Source of the DNA: Octopus vulgaris
Taxonomy: Eukaryota
Direction: 5' to 3'
Assembly (NCBI GenBank): GCA_951406725.2
Contig: OX597817.1
Span: 58,280,001 to 58,344,000, forward strand
Length of the DNA: 64,000 bases
The translations under genes were made by a program, and so were the position numbers. Below the pieces are notes generated by a model. That model worked only from the letters and a program-made list of their open reading frames with translations. It was not told where the DNA came from and did no database searches. Shown one piece after another: positions 30,040-40,379 of this stretch. Position 1 is the first letter of the stretch, and the number at the start of each line of letters is the position of its first letter.

Positions 30040-31576
30040 GGACCTTTTCCTTTTGAATGGCAACAATTTCTAGTTAACTAAACGCTTTTAAATTTCGTAT
30101 ACAGGTAGAATGTGTCTAAATAAAACATTTTTTTCTCTTGGCTTTCTTGAGAAAATTGTAATTTGTAAGTTTAACGTAGTTTAATTTTTCGAATTTTAAC
30201 CAATCCTATGCCCTCTATTGAGCTAAAATCATTTGCTGCGTCTAAAACAGACAACATCCTGTCACTAACCCTAACCCTCACCCTAACCCTAAATTTTAGC
30301 CTTTCGCTTTTTTCTTTCTTAATTGTTAAATTAATTTAAGGATAATAATTAAGAAAAAAAAAAGAAAGGCTAAAACGAAAGCAATGGAAAATAATTTTAA
30401 TTTAACAATTAAGAAAAAAAAAACGAAAGGCTAAAACGAAAGCAAAAACTCAAAACAAAAACAAAACGAATAATTTTAGACACACGCATAACAATTAAAT
30501 TAATTTAACAATTAAGAAAAAAAAGCGAAAGGCTAAAATTTAGGGTTAGGGTTAGTGACAGGATGTTGTCTCAGTTTTAGACGCAGCAAATGATTTTAGC
30601 TAAATAGAGGACATAGGATTGGGTAAAATACGAAAAATTAAACTATGTTAAACTTACAAATTACAATTTTCTCAAGAAAGCCAAGAGAAAAAAATGTTTT
30701 ATTTTGACTCGTTCTACCAGTATACGAAGTTTAAAAGTGTTTAGTTAACTAGAAATTGGGATCTTTTCCTTTTGAACGGCACATGTCAACACAATTTCTA
30801 GTTAACTAAACACTTTAAAACTTCGTATAATGGTAGAATGTGTCAAAATAAAGCATTTTTTTCTCTTGGCTTTCTTGAGAAAATTGTAATTTGTTTGTTT
30901 AACGTAGTTTAATTTTTCGAATTTTAACCAATCAATTGCCTCTAGTGAGCTAAAATCATTTTCTGCGTCTAAAACTGAGACAACATCCTGTCACTAACCC
31001 TCACCCTCACCCTAAATTTTAGCCTTTCGTTTTTTTTCCTTAATTGTTAAATTTAAGGATAACAATTAAGAAAAAAAAACGAAAGCAATGGAAAATAATT
31101 AAAACAATTAACAAACAAAATAATTCTATAATTTTATACACACGCTTTCCGTACATAACGAAAGGCTGAAACGAAAGCAAAACTCAAAACAAAAACAAAA
31201 CGAATAATTTTAGACACACGCGTAACAATTAAATTAATTTAACAATTAAAAAAAAAAACCAAAGGCTAAAATTTAGGGTTAGGGTGAGGGTGATGGTTAG
31301 TGACAGGATGTTGTCTCAGTTTTAGATGCAGCAAATGATTTTAGCTCACTAGAGGCGATTCATTGGTTAAAATTCGAAAAATTAAACTACGTTAAACTTA
31401 CAAATTACAATTTTCTCAAGAAAACCAAGAGAAAAAAATGTTTTATTTTGACACATTCTACCAGTATACGAAGTTTTTAAGTGTTTGGTTAACTAGAAAT
31501 TGTGTTGACATGTGCCGTTCAAAAGGAAAAGATCCAGAAATTGTGTTGAAAACTGCCGTTCAAAAGGAAAAGATCC
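30040..31576. mobile_element. Long-TIR MITE/foldback element (outer copy), 8-bp TSD TAGCCATT
   Basis: Ends GGACCTTTTCCTTTTGAATGGC / GCCGTTCAAAAGGAAAAGATCC; TAGCCATT at 30032-30039 and 31577-31584; ~290-bp inverted arms containing CCCTAA/TTAGGG runs. GG termini plus 8-bp TSD suggest the Merlin (or Mutator-like) superfamily. Confidence 0.88.
30759..31535. mobile_element. Same-family MITE nested in the outer copy's right TIR, 8-bp TSD AGAAATTG
   Basis: GGATCTTTTCCTTTTGAACGGC...GCCGTTCAAAAGGAAAAGATCC flanked by AGAAATTG at 30751-30758 and 31536-31543. Confidence 0.9.
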
Positions 31577-33108
31577 TAGCCATTTATGTAGTAGTTTGTA
31601 AGAATTTGCAAGCACCACCCATGAATCCAACAGAGCTTACAACGGCAGTGCATCAGCATGACCGCAGCTCTGAGCTGAAACTACAGAAAAATATATATAT
31701 ACTTTTTGAGTCTGCAAGTTAACTGCAGTATTTATCTGAATATGATGTCTCTTATGAATATATCAGTAGCAGGCGAAAATCATGTGGCAACGGTGGTGAG
31801 AATGCTAGGTATACATTTCTGTCTTGTTGCACTTTATCAGTAGCGTTTACTCACTGGCAATCGCATGCTAGGACAAAATTTCTTACCACTGATTTTCCTG
31901 ATACGAGTCATCACAGGTCCTGCATTCGTAGGGGCCGATTCATTCAATTAAAAGTTCTTGAAGGCGGTGCTCCAGCATGACCGTAGCAGTCTAACGACTG
32001 AAACAAGTGAAAGATAAAAGATAGTCCGATTTAAATTGCTCGGTATATAACCAATATTTGGAACTCTGTGAGCATATTTATACATCAACAGAGAAAGCTG
32101 TGAGGAAGAACTCGTGTATTAGAGTCAGTTTTCTACCACTGGTCTCCATAGTTACAAAGGCGACCGGGTCCACACTGAAAAAAAAAATTCTTTGTCTATT
32201 CAAGAATGTATATACACACATTATACACATATTCTCCAGGTTTGCACGTATATTTCGTCATGTCTCTTTGTTCCTGTAATATTCATAAATCCATGTACGT
32301 TGTCAGGTTGAAATATAAATAAATCTTTGTGATGTAAGATTTATGAAAATGTCAAAGTCGCTTTGAAGTTTAGAGACATATTAAGATAACTAAACCAAAG
32401 TGTTTTAGCATGAATCTATTTGTAACTGACAAAATATAAATAATATTTTCACCCGGTCATCAACAGCTTAGCCCTCGCCTGTCTCTCAATTTGGTTTGTC
32501 GTTTTTATTTCTGACATGTGAACAACACGCTTTCAGGCATTGCGTGACAAGAACACAAATTATGAAATATCTATGCTGTAAAAATAGAAGGTTTACATGG
32601 ATTGTTTTGATTCATTTTTCACACCGAAGTTTGGCCATTCGGGCAAGTATTAAGCAAAAGACTTTTTAACCTGTCTCGTATGTTGAATTTATTCGAAGCG
32701 GATCCAAAATGCCTGACGTACGTGACATCGCACAAACTTTTTTTTTTTTACCTGATAATAGTACTCATTTACTTGTTTCAGTCATTTGATTGCGGCCATG
32801 CTGGAGCTTTGCCTTTAGTCGAACAAATCGACCTCAGGACTTATTCTTTGTAAGCCTAGTACTTATTCTATCGGTCTTTTTCGCCGAACCGCTAAGTAAC
32901 GGGGACATAAACACACCAGCATCGGTTGTCAAGCGATGTTGGGGGGACAAACATATACACACACATACATAAATACATACACACACACACACACACACAC
33001 ACAATATATATATATATATATATAATAATAATAAATATTAGGGAATAAATCCAAATTTACAGGGAAAAAATCAGATTTAGGATTAAATCCAATTTTATAG
33101 TAAAATAT

Positions 33109-33257
33109 TATAAAATATTATTAGAGACAAAACCACTATTTTGCAAAACAAACAAGGAAAGACTTAATCAATACATAAAATTTATTAAATTTTATGTATT
33201 GATTAAGTCTTTCCTTGTTTGTTTTGCAAAATAGTGGTTTTGTCTCTAATAATATTT

Positions 33258-33261
<4 letters not shown>
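33109..33261. repeat. Perfect 75-bp-arm palindrome (3-nt loop) in a (TA)n-embedded element
   Basis: 33109-33183 is the exact reverse complement of 33187-33261. Confidence 0.9.
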
Positions 33262-33288
<27 letters not shown>

Positions 33289-33289
<1 letters not shown>

Positions 33290-33645
33290 TAACAATATAA
33301 TAAATAAATAAAATATGCATATATGTACATACTTACATCTACATGTATATATACAAGCATATATATATATGAGTACAGGACACCACACCACAAATAAACG
33401 TATAACACAACGAGAAACGAAAACAAAATCAAACAAGGAAACGGACTTTTTTTAACAACGAAATAACAGAGTACAGGACAAACAATACAAGGAAAATTTC
33501 CCTTCATCAGCTGTCCCTGGTTCGGCTCAATGCGTGTATTGTTTGTCCTGTACTCTGTTTTTTCGTTGTTAAAAAAATTCCGTTTCCTTGTTTGATTTTG
33601 TTTTCGTTTCTCGTTGTGTTATACGTTTATTTGTGGTGTCCTGTA

Positions 33646-33692
<47 letters not shown>

Positions 33693-33775
33693 TTGTATAT
33701 ATACATGTAGATGTAAGTATGTACATATATGTATGAATATATGCATATATTTTATTTATTTATTATATTGTTATT
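33289..33775. repeat. Fold-back insertion with ~200-bp arms
   Basis: Arms separated by ~45 nt; the left arm is homologous to the non-folded element at ~45190-45900. Confidence 0.85.
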
Positions 33776-33837
33776 AAATGACCGAACGCACGCGTTATTT
33801 CTCTTCGTTTCGCTTCTCCAAGTAAGTTTATATATAT

Positions 33838-34762
33838 TGTTATGAACCTGCCGTCGCTCAAACTCTTCGGGAAAAACCCGGGACCCTACCAAGTCGAGCG
33901 ACGACGATTGACCGGCTCGATCGATCGGGGAAAGTTCGCCACGGAAAGAGAGAATTCGGTGGGGAAGAATGGCAGCAGCGAACACGGGCAACTGGCGGGA
34001 ACCGACAACAACAACAACAGTAGGAAGAGACACAAAGAGAGACGGCGGAAGGCAATCGGCTACATTTAACAACGGTTTATACAATTATACAGTTCATAGA
34101 CAAATAAGTTCAGATCAAATCAAAACAACGATACATCAGGTATACAACAAATCAAAGCATTTAAAGAAAACAACAAATCAATACATTATACAATGTTCAA
34201 ATCACATTAATGTTCACGATACAGTTCAAAGTCTTTCTCCTTCTTTTAAAGTCTCTTTAGCACTATTCTTTCTTTTCGACAAGTCTTTTACTTAATTCAC
34301 ATATCAATTCTTTTACATTACAACACAACTCAACAACACATACCGTTTCAATTCCTTCTATCCGCCGTAATCCCTCTGTGTATGTCTTTCTCAACCTCTC
34401 ATCCTCTCACTGTCTGCCTATCGTTCTCAACGCTGTCACTATCACTCTCTCTCCTAGTTCTGTAATACCATCTGTCTGTCTTCCCTTACGCCGTCGCCGC
34501 CTCAAGCCGTAATCCCATCTGCCTTGTTACCACCTCAGTTTCTCCGGCCGACTGACTCACAGACTCACAGCTCCTGCCTTTTTATAGGGTAGTTTCCTTG
34601 ATCCTTCCCTGACCGGGAAAAGGGTAGGGGGTCTTTCCAAAAGCCATCACTCTTTCGTGAATCTGACAGAACAAAGGACAATAACTTTAGATTGTAGACT
34701 TCCAGACTCCAAGCCAACAAAGTAGGTCACTGAAGTTGTTACGGATTGACCTACTCGTATCA
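33838..34762 (-). repeat. 3' LTR (925 bp)
   Basis: TG...CA ends with a short terminal inverted repeat; minus-strand TATAAAAAG near 34578-34586; abuts the PPT. Confidence 0.85.
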
Positions 34763-34775
34763 CTACCCCTACCTA
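34763..34775 (-). promoter_or_regulatory. Polypurine tract
   Basis: Minus strand TAGGTAGGGGTAG immediately before the 3' LTR. Confidence 0.75.
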
Positions 34776-35081
34776 ATTTTTGTCGACCCGACAAAAGCAC
34801 ACCAAACTCGTACCTCCAAGGGCGAGCTCCAGCAGATATTCCAGGAACTGGAGGTCTCCTTGGGTAGTTTCTCCTCCGGGGGTCTCGCCTCCCACGGCCA
34901 CCACTTCACCACCGGCCACAGGTTGGCATCTTCCCTCTGCGGCTTGGGTAACACCTCCGCCGAGGCCGGGAGGCCTCCTACGAGCCGCCTACAATGGGCG
35001 CACCGTCCGAGAGAGTTCCTTAGCTCCTTCACACAAGCAGGGTCCGGCCAATCCTTTACAGTGGCCACCTTCCTCAGGGCT

Positions 35082-36302
35082 CTATACCCCCACGTAGCAC
35101 CTTGCTGTGCCGTTTCCATTCTGCACAACTAAGGCCGATGACCAGGGACCGTTCCGCCCTTTCATTGCTCCCTGTCGCCGATATCTCATCTTTCGCTGCC
35201 GAACTGGGACCATCCTCCGGCCCCGCTGCCTCTTCGAGCGACGACCGCCCGGGTCGATGAAACTTTCTGCATTTTCCACCAACACCCGAGTGCCAACCAA
35301 GCACCGGCGACTCCCTGCGAACCGCCTCCGCAACTGCATCGGTAGACCACCATCTCCTTCAACTGCATCACTGTATTGGCAGAACTGGCCCTGCCGCTGG
35401 TTCACCGTCCGGCGCAGTTCCACGATTTGCCCTCTACAAATCGGCTGCGCAGCCTCCAATAAATCGGCCGACCCAACCAGCGCTCTGTCAACTTCTGCCT
35501 CTACCAGGGTCCACCCGACCCTCACTTGGGCCTTCAGCATGCACTGCCTGTCGGGCCCCACCAGCCCCAAGCAGCCATCGAACACAAAGCTCACCCAACA
35601 CTGGAGCAGTCTTCCTGGTCTAGGTAGACCTACCACCGTTCGCAGCCGTCTCGCCTCATCACCAGGCTTAGTCCTCTTCCTCACCAGCTTCTGCACCGAA
35701 GGCTTCACAAAACGCAAGCTCGTCCGACAGTCCTCCTGAGCCCCGAGAGACAGGGGCCCAGACACCAAAGGACTCACACACGGCACATCAACCTCAGCAA
35801 CCACCACACACACAGCCGGCTCCTCGGACTCAGCGACATCAGCCCCAGACTTCACCAGCTCCTCGTCCTGAGCTCCGAGAGACAGGGGTCGAGACGCCAA
35901 AGGTTCCAGACACGGAACAACAGCAGCAGACAACACACACTCATCCGGCTCTTCAGGCTTCTCCACATCAGACTTAGCAGGCTTTTCGGGTCCAGCACCC
36001 TCTACGGGTTCCATATCACAAGGTTCCTCGGGTCCACTTCCTTCATTATCCATTTCACTTGATGGGCAATTTCCGCCCACATGACCACTCTTATTCCCGG
36101 TCCAACACTGATCCTCCAAAGCTGACCCATCCATAACCTCAAGCTCTTCCTGATCTGCCCACAGGCCCTGTCGCCTCTTGTCCATCCTTTCCAAGAATGT
36201 GTTTGTCTGCGTCATCTGGCCCCTCAACATCTCTACAATCAAGGCAAGCGAGATCTCTTCCTCTCCAGTCTGGTTACCAGTTCGTGCCTCCACCGAATCC
36301 AT
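35082..36302 (-). CDS. Gag-like ORF of the LTR element (406 aa from first ATG)
   Basis: Stop-free from MDSVEART just after the PBS; degenerate zinc knuckle CWTGNKSGHVGGNC; internal duplicated peptide (VPCLEPLASRPLSLGAQDE / VPCVSPLVSGPLSLGAQED). Confidence 0.6.
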   Translation of the reverse strand: MDSVEARTGNQTGEEEISLALIVEMLRGQMTQTNTFLERMDKRRQGLWADQEELEVMDGSALEDQCWTGNKSGHVGGNCPSSEMDNEGSGPEEPCDMEPVEGAGPEKPAKSDVEKPEEPDECVLSAAVVPCLEPLASRPLSLGAQDEELVKSGADVAESEEPAVCVVVAEVDVPCVSPLVSGPLSLGAQEDCRTSLRFVKPSVQKLVRKRTKPGDEARRLRTVVGLPRPGRLLQCWVSFVFDGCLGLVGPDRQCMLKAQVRVGWTLVEAEVDRALVGSADLLEAAQPICRGQIVELRRTVNQRQGQFCQYSDAVEGDGGLPMQLRRRFAGSRRCLVGTRVLVENAESFIDPGGRRSKRQRGRRMVPVRQRKMRYRRQGAMKGRNGPWSSALVVQNGNGTARCYVGV

Positions 36303-36336
36303 AGCGAACAACCGATCGACCGCAGCAATCAGGACA

Positions 36337-36354
36337 ATCCCACTTCTGACACCA
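36337..36354 (-). promoter_or_regulatory. Primer-binding site complementary to the tRNA-Leu 3' end
   Basis: Minus strand TGGTGTCAGAAGTGGGAT lies 2 nt inside the 5' LTR and complements ...ATCCCACTTCTGACA-CCA of metazoan tRNA-Leu. Confidence 0.88.
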
Positions 36355-36356
36355 GT

Positions 36357-37098
36357 TGTTACGAACCTGCCGTCGCTCAAACTCTTCGGGAAAAACCCGG
36401 GACCCTACCAAGTCGAGCGACGACGATTGACCGGCTCGATCGATCGGGGAAAGTTCGCCACGGAAAGAGAGAATTCGGTGGGGAAGAATGGCAGCAGCGA
36501 ACACGGGCAACCGGCGGGAACCGACAACAACAACAACAGTAGGAAGAGACACAAAGAGAGACGGCAGAAGGCAATCGGCTACATTTAACAACGGTTTATA
36601 CAATTATACAGTTCATAGACAAATAAGTTCAGATCAAATCAAAACAACGATACATCAGGTATACAACAAATCAAAGCATTTAAAGAAAACAACAAATCAA
36701 TACATTATACAATGTTCAAATCACATTAATGTTCACGATACAGTTCAAAGTCTTTCTCCTTCTTTTAAAGTCTCTTTAGCACTGTTCTTTCTTTTCGACA
36801 AGTCTTTTACTTAATTCACATATCAATTCTTTTACATTACAACACAACTCAACAACACATACCGTTTCAATTCCTTCTATCCGCCGTAATCCCTCTGTGT
36901 ATGTCTTTCTCAACCTCTCATCCTCTCACTGTCTGCCTATCGTTCTCAACGCTGTCACTGTCACTCTCTCTCCTAGTTCTGTAATACCATCTGTCTGTCT
37001 TCCCTTACGCCGTCGCCGCCTCAAGCCGTAATCCCATCTGCCTTGTTACCACCTCAGTTTCTCCGGCCGACTGACTCACAGCTCCTGCCTTTTTATAG
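36357..37098 (-). repeat. 5' LTR, U3 end deleted
   Basis: Matches 33838-34587 with about 5 substitutions and one 8-bp indel (counted by eye), then switches into MITE sequence. Confidence 0.85.
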
Positions 37099-37805
37099 TT
37101 AACTAAACACTTTTAAACTTCGTATACTGGTAGAATGTGCCAAAATAAAACATCTTTTTCTTTTAATTGTAATTTGTAAGTTTAACGTAGTTTAATTTTT
37201 CGAATTTTAACCAATCCTATGCCTTCTATTGAGCTAAAATCATTTGCTGCGTCTAAAGCAGACAACATCCTGTCACTAACCCTAACCCTCACTCTAACCC
37301 TAAATTTTAGCCTTTCGTTTTTTTTATTAATTGTTAAATTAATTTAATGATAACAATTAAGAAAAAAAAAACGAAAGGCTAAAACGAAAGCAATGGAAAA
37401 TAGTTTTAATTTAACAATTAAGAAAACAGACGAAAGGCTAAAACGAAAGCAAAAACTCAAAACAAAAACAAAACGAATAATTTTAGACACACGCATAACA
37501 ATTAAATTAATTTAACAATTAAGAAAAAAAACACGAAAGGCTAAAATTTAGGGTTAGGGTTACGGTTTGTGACAGGATGTTGTCTCAGTTTTAGACGCAG
37601 CAAATGATTTTAGCTCAATAGAGGGCATAGGATTGGTTAAAATTCGAAAAATTAAACTACGTTAAACTTACTAATTACAATTTTCTCAAGAAAGCCAAGA
37701 GAGAAAAATGTTTTATTTTGACACATTCTACCAGTATACGAAGTTTAAAAGTGTTTAGTTAACTAGAAATTGTGTTGAAAACTGCCGTTCAAAAGGAAAA
37801 GATCC
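37099..37805. mobile_element. Third MITE copy, left terminus missing
   Basis: Same arms and telomere-like repeats; intact right end ...AAAAGGAAAAGATCC at 37805; left end fused to the LTR. Confidence 0.88.
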
Positions 37806-38237
37806 GAACCCTCCCTTCGTCAGTGATAAATGTGGCAAAGAAATAAATGAGATACTTATTCATACCCATGGAAGAAGCAAACACTAAGTCATGAGCACAA
37901 TTAAGTACCCCAAATACATCCAAAATAGAAAATTCTCCAGCCCATTTGTGACATGTGCGATTTGAACTGAGGCTGTCACAGAGTGAGAGAGTCCGGAAGT
38001 GAACACTATTAAATTTATATTTAATGTAGGATAAAATTTTTTCGAAAAAAATTTTTATCAGTGGCCAGCATATTAAAAAATACCTTTAATGGTTAAACTT
38101 ATAAATAAGGGCAAACGAAAAAATTTCTAATGCCAAATATGCCGAAATTAGACACATTGTCCATAACCATTATAATTTTTTCACAATACGCACGCTACTC
38201 AAAAAAGGTCGACAGAAATTTCTAAAAAATTCCATTA

Positions 38238-38297
38238 TTACCATATCGGACTGATTTCAGGGTTAGTTCGTAAGAACCCTCCCTTCGTCAGTGATGA
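38238..38297 (-). ncRNA. Type I hammerhead ribozyme (inverted copy)
   Basis: Minus strand TCATCA-CTGACGA-AGGGAGGGTTCTTACGAACTAACCCT-GAAA-TCAGTCCGAT-A-TGGTAA; one mismatch each in stems I and III. Confidence 0.65.
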
Positions 38298-38482
38298 ATG
38301 AGGCAAAGAAATAAATGAGATACTCTCACTCTGTGAGAGCCTTAGTTCAAATCGCACATGTCTCAAATGGGCTGGAGAATTTTCTATTTTGGATGTATTT
38401 GGGGTACTTAATTGTGCTCATGACTTAGTGTTTGCTTCTTCCATGGGTATGAGTAAGTATCTCATTTATTTCTTTGCCACAT

Positions 38483-38542
38483 TTATCACTGACGAAGGGA
38501 GGGTTCTTACGAACTAACTCTGAAATCGGTCCGATATGGTAA
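38483..38542 (+). ncRNA. Type I hammerhead ribozyme
   Basis: Stem I TTATCA/TGGTAA; core CTGACGA (38489-38495); stem II AGGG..GTTC-TTAC-GAAC..CTCT; GAAA; stem III ATCG-GTC-CGAT; cleavage triplet AUA ending at 38536. Confidence 0.75.
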
Positions 38543-38735
38543 TAATGGAATTTTTTAGAAATTTCTGTCGACCTTTTTTGAGTAGCGTGCGTATTGTGAA
38601 AAAATTATAATGGTTATGGACAATGTGTCTAATTTCGGCATATTTGGCATTAGAAATTTTTTCGTTTTCCCTTATTTATAAGTTGTATATATATATATAC
38701 ATACAGACAGATAGACATATAGACATATAGCTATA

Positions 38736-39113
38736 CACTTGCGTCAGAAATTAATTAGCACTTCTCAAATTTCTACATTAAATAGGTTAAATCAATTAAC
38801 CTTATGAGCTGTTCAAAACGTCTTACGCGATGAGAAAACTTAGTATGGTGTGATTTCGGTCCTTGCGAGGCGCTACCTATATCTATTAAACAAAGGAAGA
38901 TTTGTCTGCATCCGCACTCCAAGTTGTTGCACTGCTATGTCAACATCATAAGGCTGTAGACTCTCAAACTGCTCTGCAAACAAAGTTACGTCATCGTTCT
39001 GCGCAACAGTGAACTCGCAACAAAGCAATAGTTCGAGATATGGCCACTAGGTGACAGCACATACCTTGAGTGAAGAGCAAATCAAGGGTGCTAATTAATT
39101 TCTGACGGTAGTG
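38736..39113. mobile_element. Tc1/mariner-type MITE
   Basis: TIR CACTTGCGTCAGAAATTAATTAGCAC / GTGCTAATTAATTTCTGACGGTAGTG; TA on both sides. Confidence 0.8.
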
Positions 39114-39178
39114 TATATACATATATACGACGGGCTTCTTTCAGTTTCCGTCTACCACTTAGGTAGATTATATATATA

Positions 39179-39565
39179 CTAGTAGTATCGCCCGGCGTTG
39201 CTCGGGTTTGTTTCGACCCTTTAGAATTGGAATTTTTGAAAAGTAAAAATTTTGCATTATGTAGCTTGTTATTCTCTTTAAGTGAACATTTTTCTGGTTG
39301 AAATACACCGAAAAATGGCGACACAGCAGTCAAAAAATCGTAAAAAATAGGGATTTTCATAGAAAAAAGCACGTTTTTTTATGTAAATAATTTTTGGTGT
39401 TAACATGGTCCGATTTGAATTTTTTCTTCTACGGAAAGAAGAGCTAGCATTCTTCTATCATACTCTCAATTTTGGTCAACTTGCGCCGCAGGGTCTCGGA
39501 GGAGACAGTGTTATGTGAAGGCTACCAAACCTGCCACACACAGACAACTTCAGCTTTAAATATAT
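39179..39565 (-). mobile_element. Non-autonomous Helitron
   Basis: Minus-strand 3' end has the hairpin CCCGAGCAACGCCGGG followed ~8 nt later by CTAG|T. Confidence 0.7.
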
Positions 39566-39979
39566 ATACATTTACGACAAGCTTCTTTCAGTTTCCGCCT
39601 ACAAAATCCACTCCCAAGGCATTGGTCAACCCGAAGCTATAGTTAACGAGGCTTGCCTAAGGTGTCACGCAGTGGGAGTGAACCTGGAACCATGTGATTG
39701 GGAAACCTGCGCCTATACAGAGCTGTGTAGTTGCAATCGTTTACCCTAGGTCAGTCCTACTTCAGTAGATTTATGATTAAAAGTGTTCCAGCTGTCACCA
39801 CTTGTTCATTTTTTCGAACATAGTGTAGCTAGGTTACATTATAATTATTATATCTTGCACACCATTTCTAGTTCGACCATGCTGTGCCCAGACATTAATG
39901 TAATGCGTGGACACAGTATGGGTCCAGGTCTAATCCAGTTGTGTGGCATATTGGACAAGTGTCTTTTACTACAGCTACT

Positions 39980-40310
39980 TATGGCTGGCTAAGGTTATCC
40001 TACCCAGGGTGCGGCAGGACATCGACCTGTTGCTGAGGTTCAACGTCTCGATCAGGCCAACAAACATGGGGGACTCCGCTACATCCAGTGGTAGCATGTT
40101 GTCGACAAATAGGCCTACAATCCTTCTGTCCACCATAGACTGACGGATACCAGTGCCAGCAGTTTGGGCAAACGCCACACGAAGGCTGGTCTGGCGTACT
40201 TTCTTTGCACATGGCTGCGACAACTGGCTACTGGCACTGCCACCGGAAAATTGCCTGTTTCCCACGGGAAGAGCGGCCTTGATCCTCTCCTCAAACGGGA
40301 TGGCATGCGT
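39980..40310 (-). mobile_element. hAT transposase fragment
   Basis: VDRRIVGLFVDNMLPLDVAESPMFVGLIETLN..MSCRTLGR resembles the N-terminal conserved block of hAT/ZBED1-like transposases. Confidence 0.7.
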
Positions 40311-40315
40311 TGGGT

Positions 40316-40354
40316 GTTGGTTAGAGCACCAGCCTAGTAAACTGGAGGTCGAGG
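40316..40354 (+). pseudogene. tRNA-Thr(AGT) internal fragment
   Basis: 39-nt copy of 41543-41581 with 2 substitutions; lacks the acceptor stem and T-loop. Confidence 0.8.
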
Positions 40355-40379
40355 CTGATGCACCGCTACACTGTTATTA

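Larger units (their letters stand above)
28305..31930. repeat. Large inverted duplication (~800-bp arms) interrupted by later insertions
   Basis: Left arm 28305-28332 plus 28780-29543 is the reverse complement of right arm 29612-30039 plus 31585-31930. Confidence 0.88.
33838..37098 (-). mobile_element. Non-autonomous Gypsy-type LTR retrotransposon (Gmr1-like PBS), 5' LTR truncated
   Basis: Near-identical direct repeats 33838-34762 (TGTTATGA...TCGTATCA) and 36357-37098. PBS at 36337-36354 and PPT at 34763-34775 on the minus strand; 1.6-kb internal region with a gag-like ORF and no recognisable RT/IN motifs. Confidence 0.9.
37806..38684. mobile_element. Penelope-like element pseudo-LTR cluster (tandem plus inverted copies)
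   Basis: 37806-37992 is inverted at 38322-38506; 38096-38324 is inverted at 38457-38684; contains hammerhead motifs; ends in a (TA)n tract. Confidence 0.72.

Noticed and set aside
30265-30292. Telomere or chromosome-fusion relic
   Set aside because: Only a few units, at fixed positions inside MITE arms.
33752-34295. Duplicated ORFs at 33.8-34.3 kb and 36.2-36.8 kb
   Set aside because: They are the two LTR copies read in several frames, not duplicated genes.
35107-35739. 210-aa plus-strand ORF
   Set aside because: Antisense shadow of the GC-rich gag-like ORF; no motifs.
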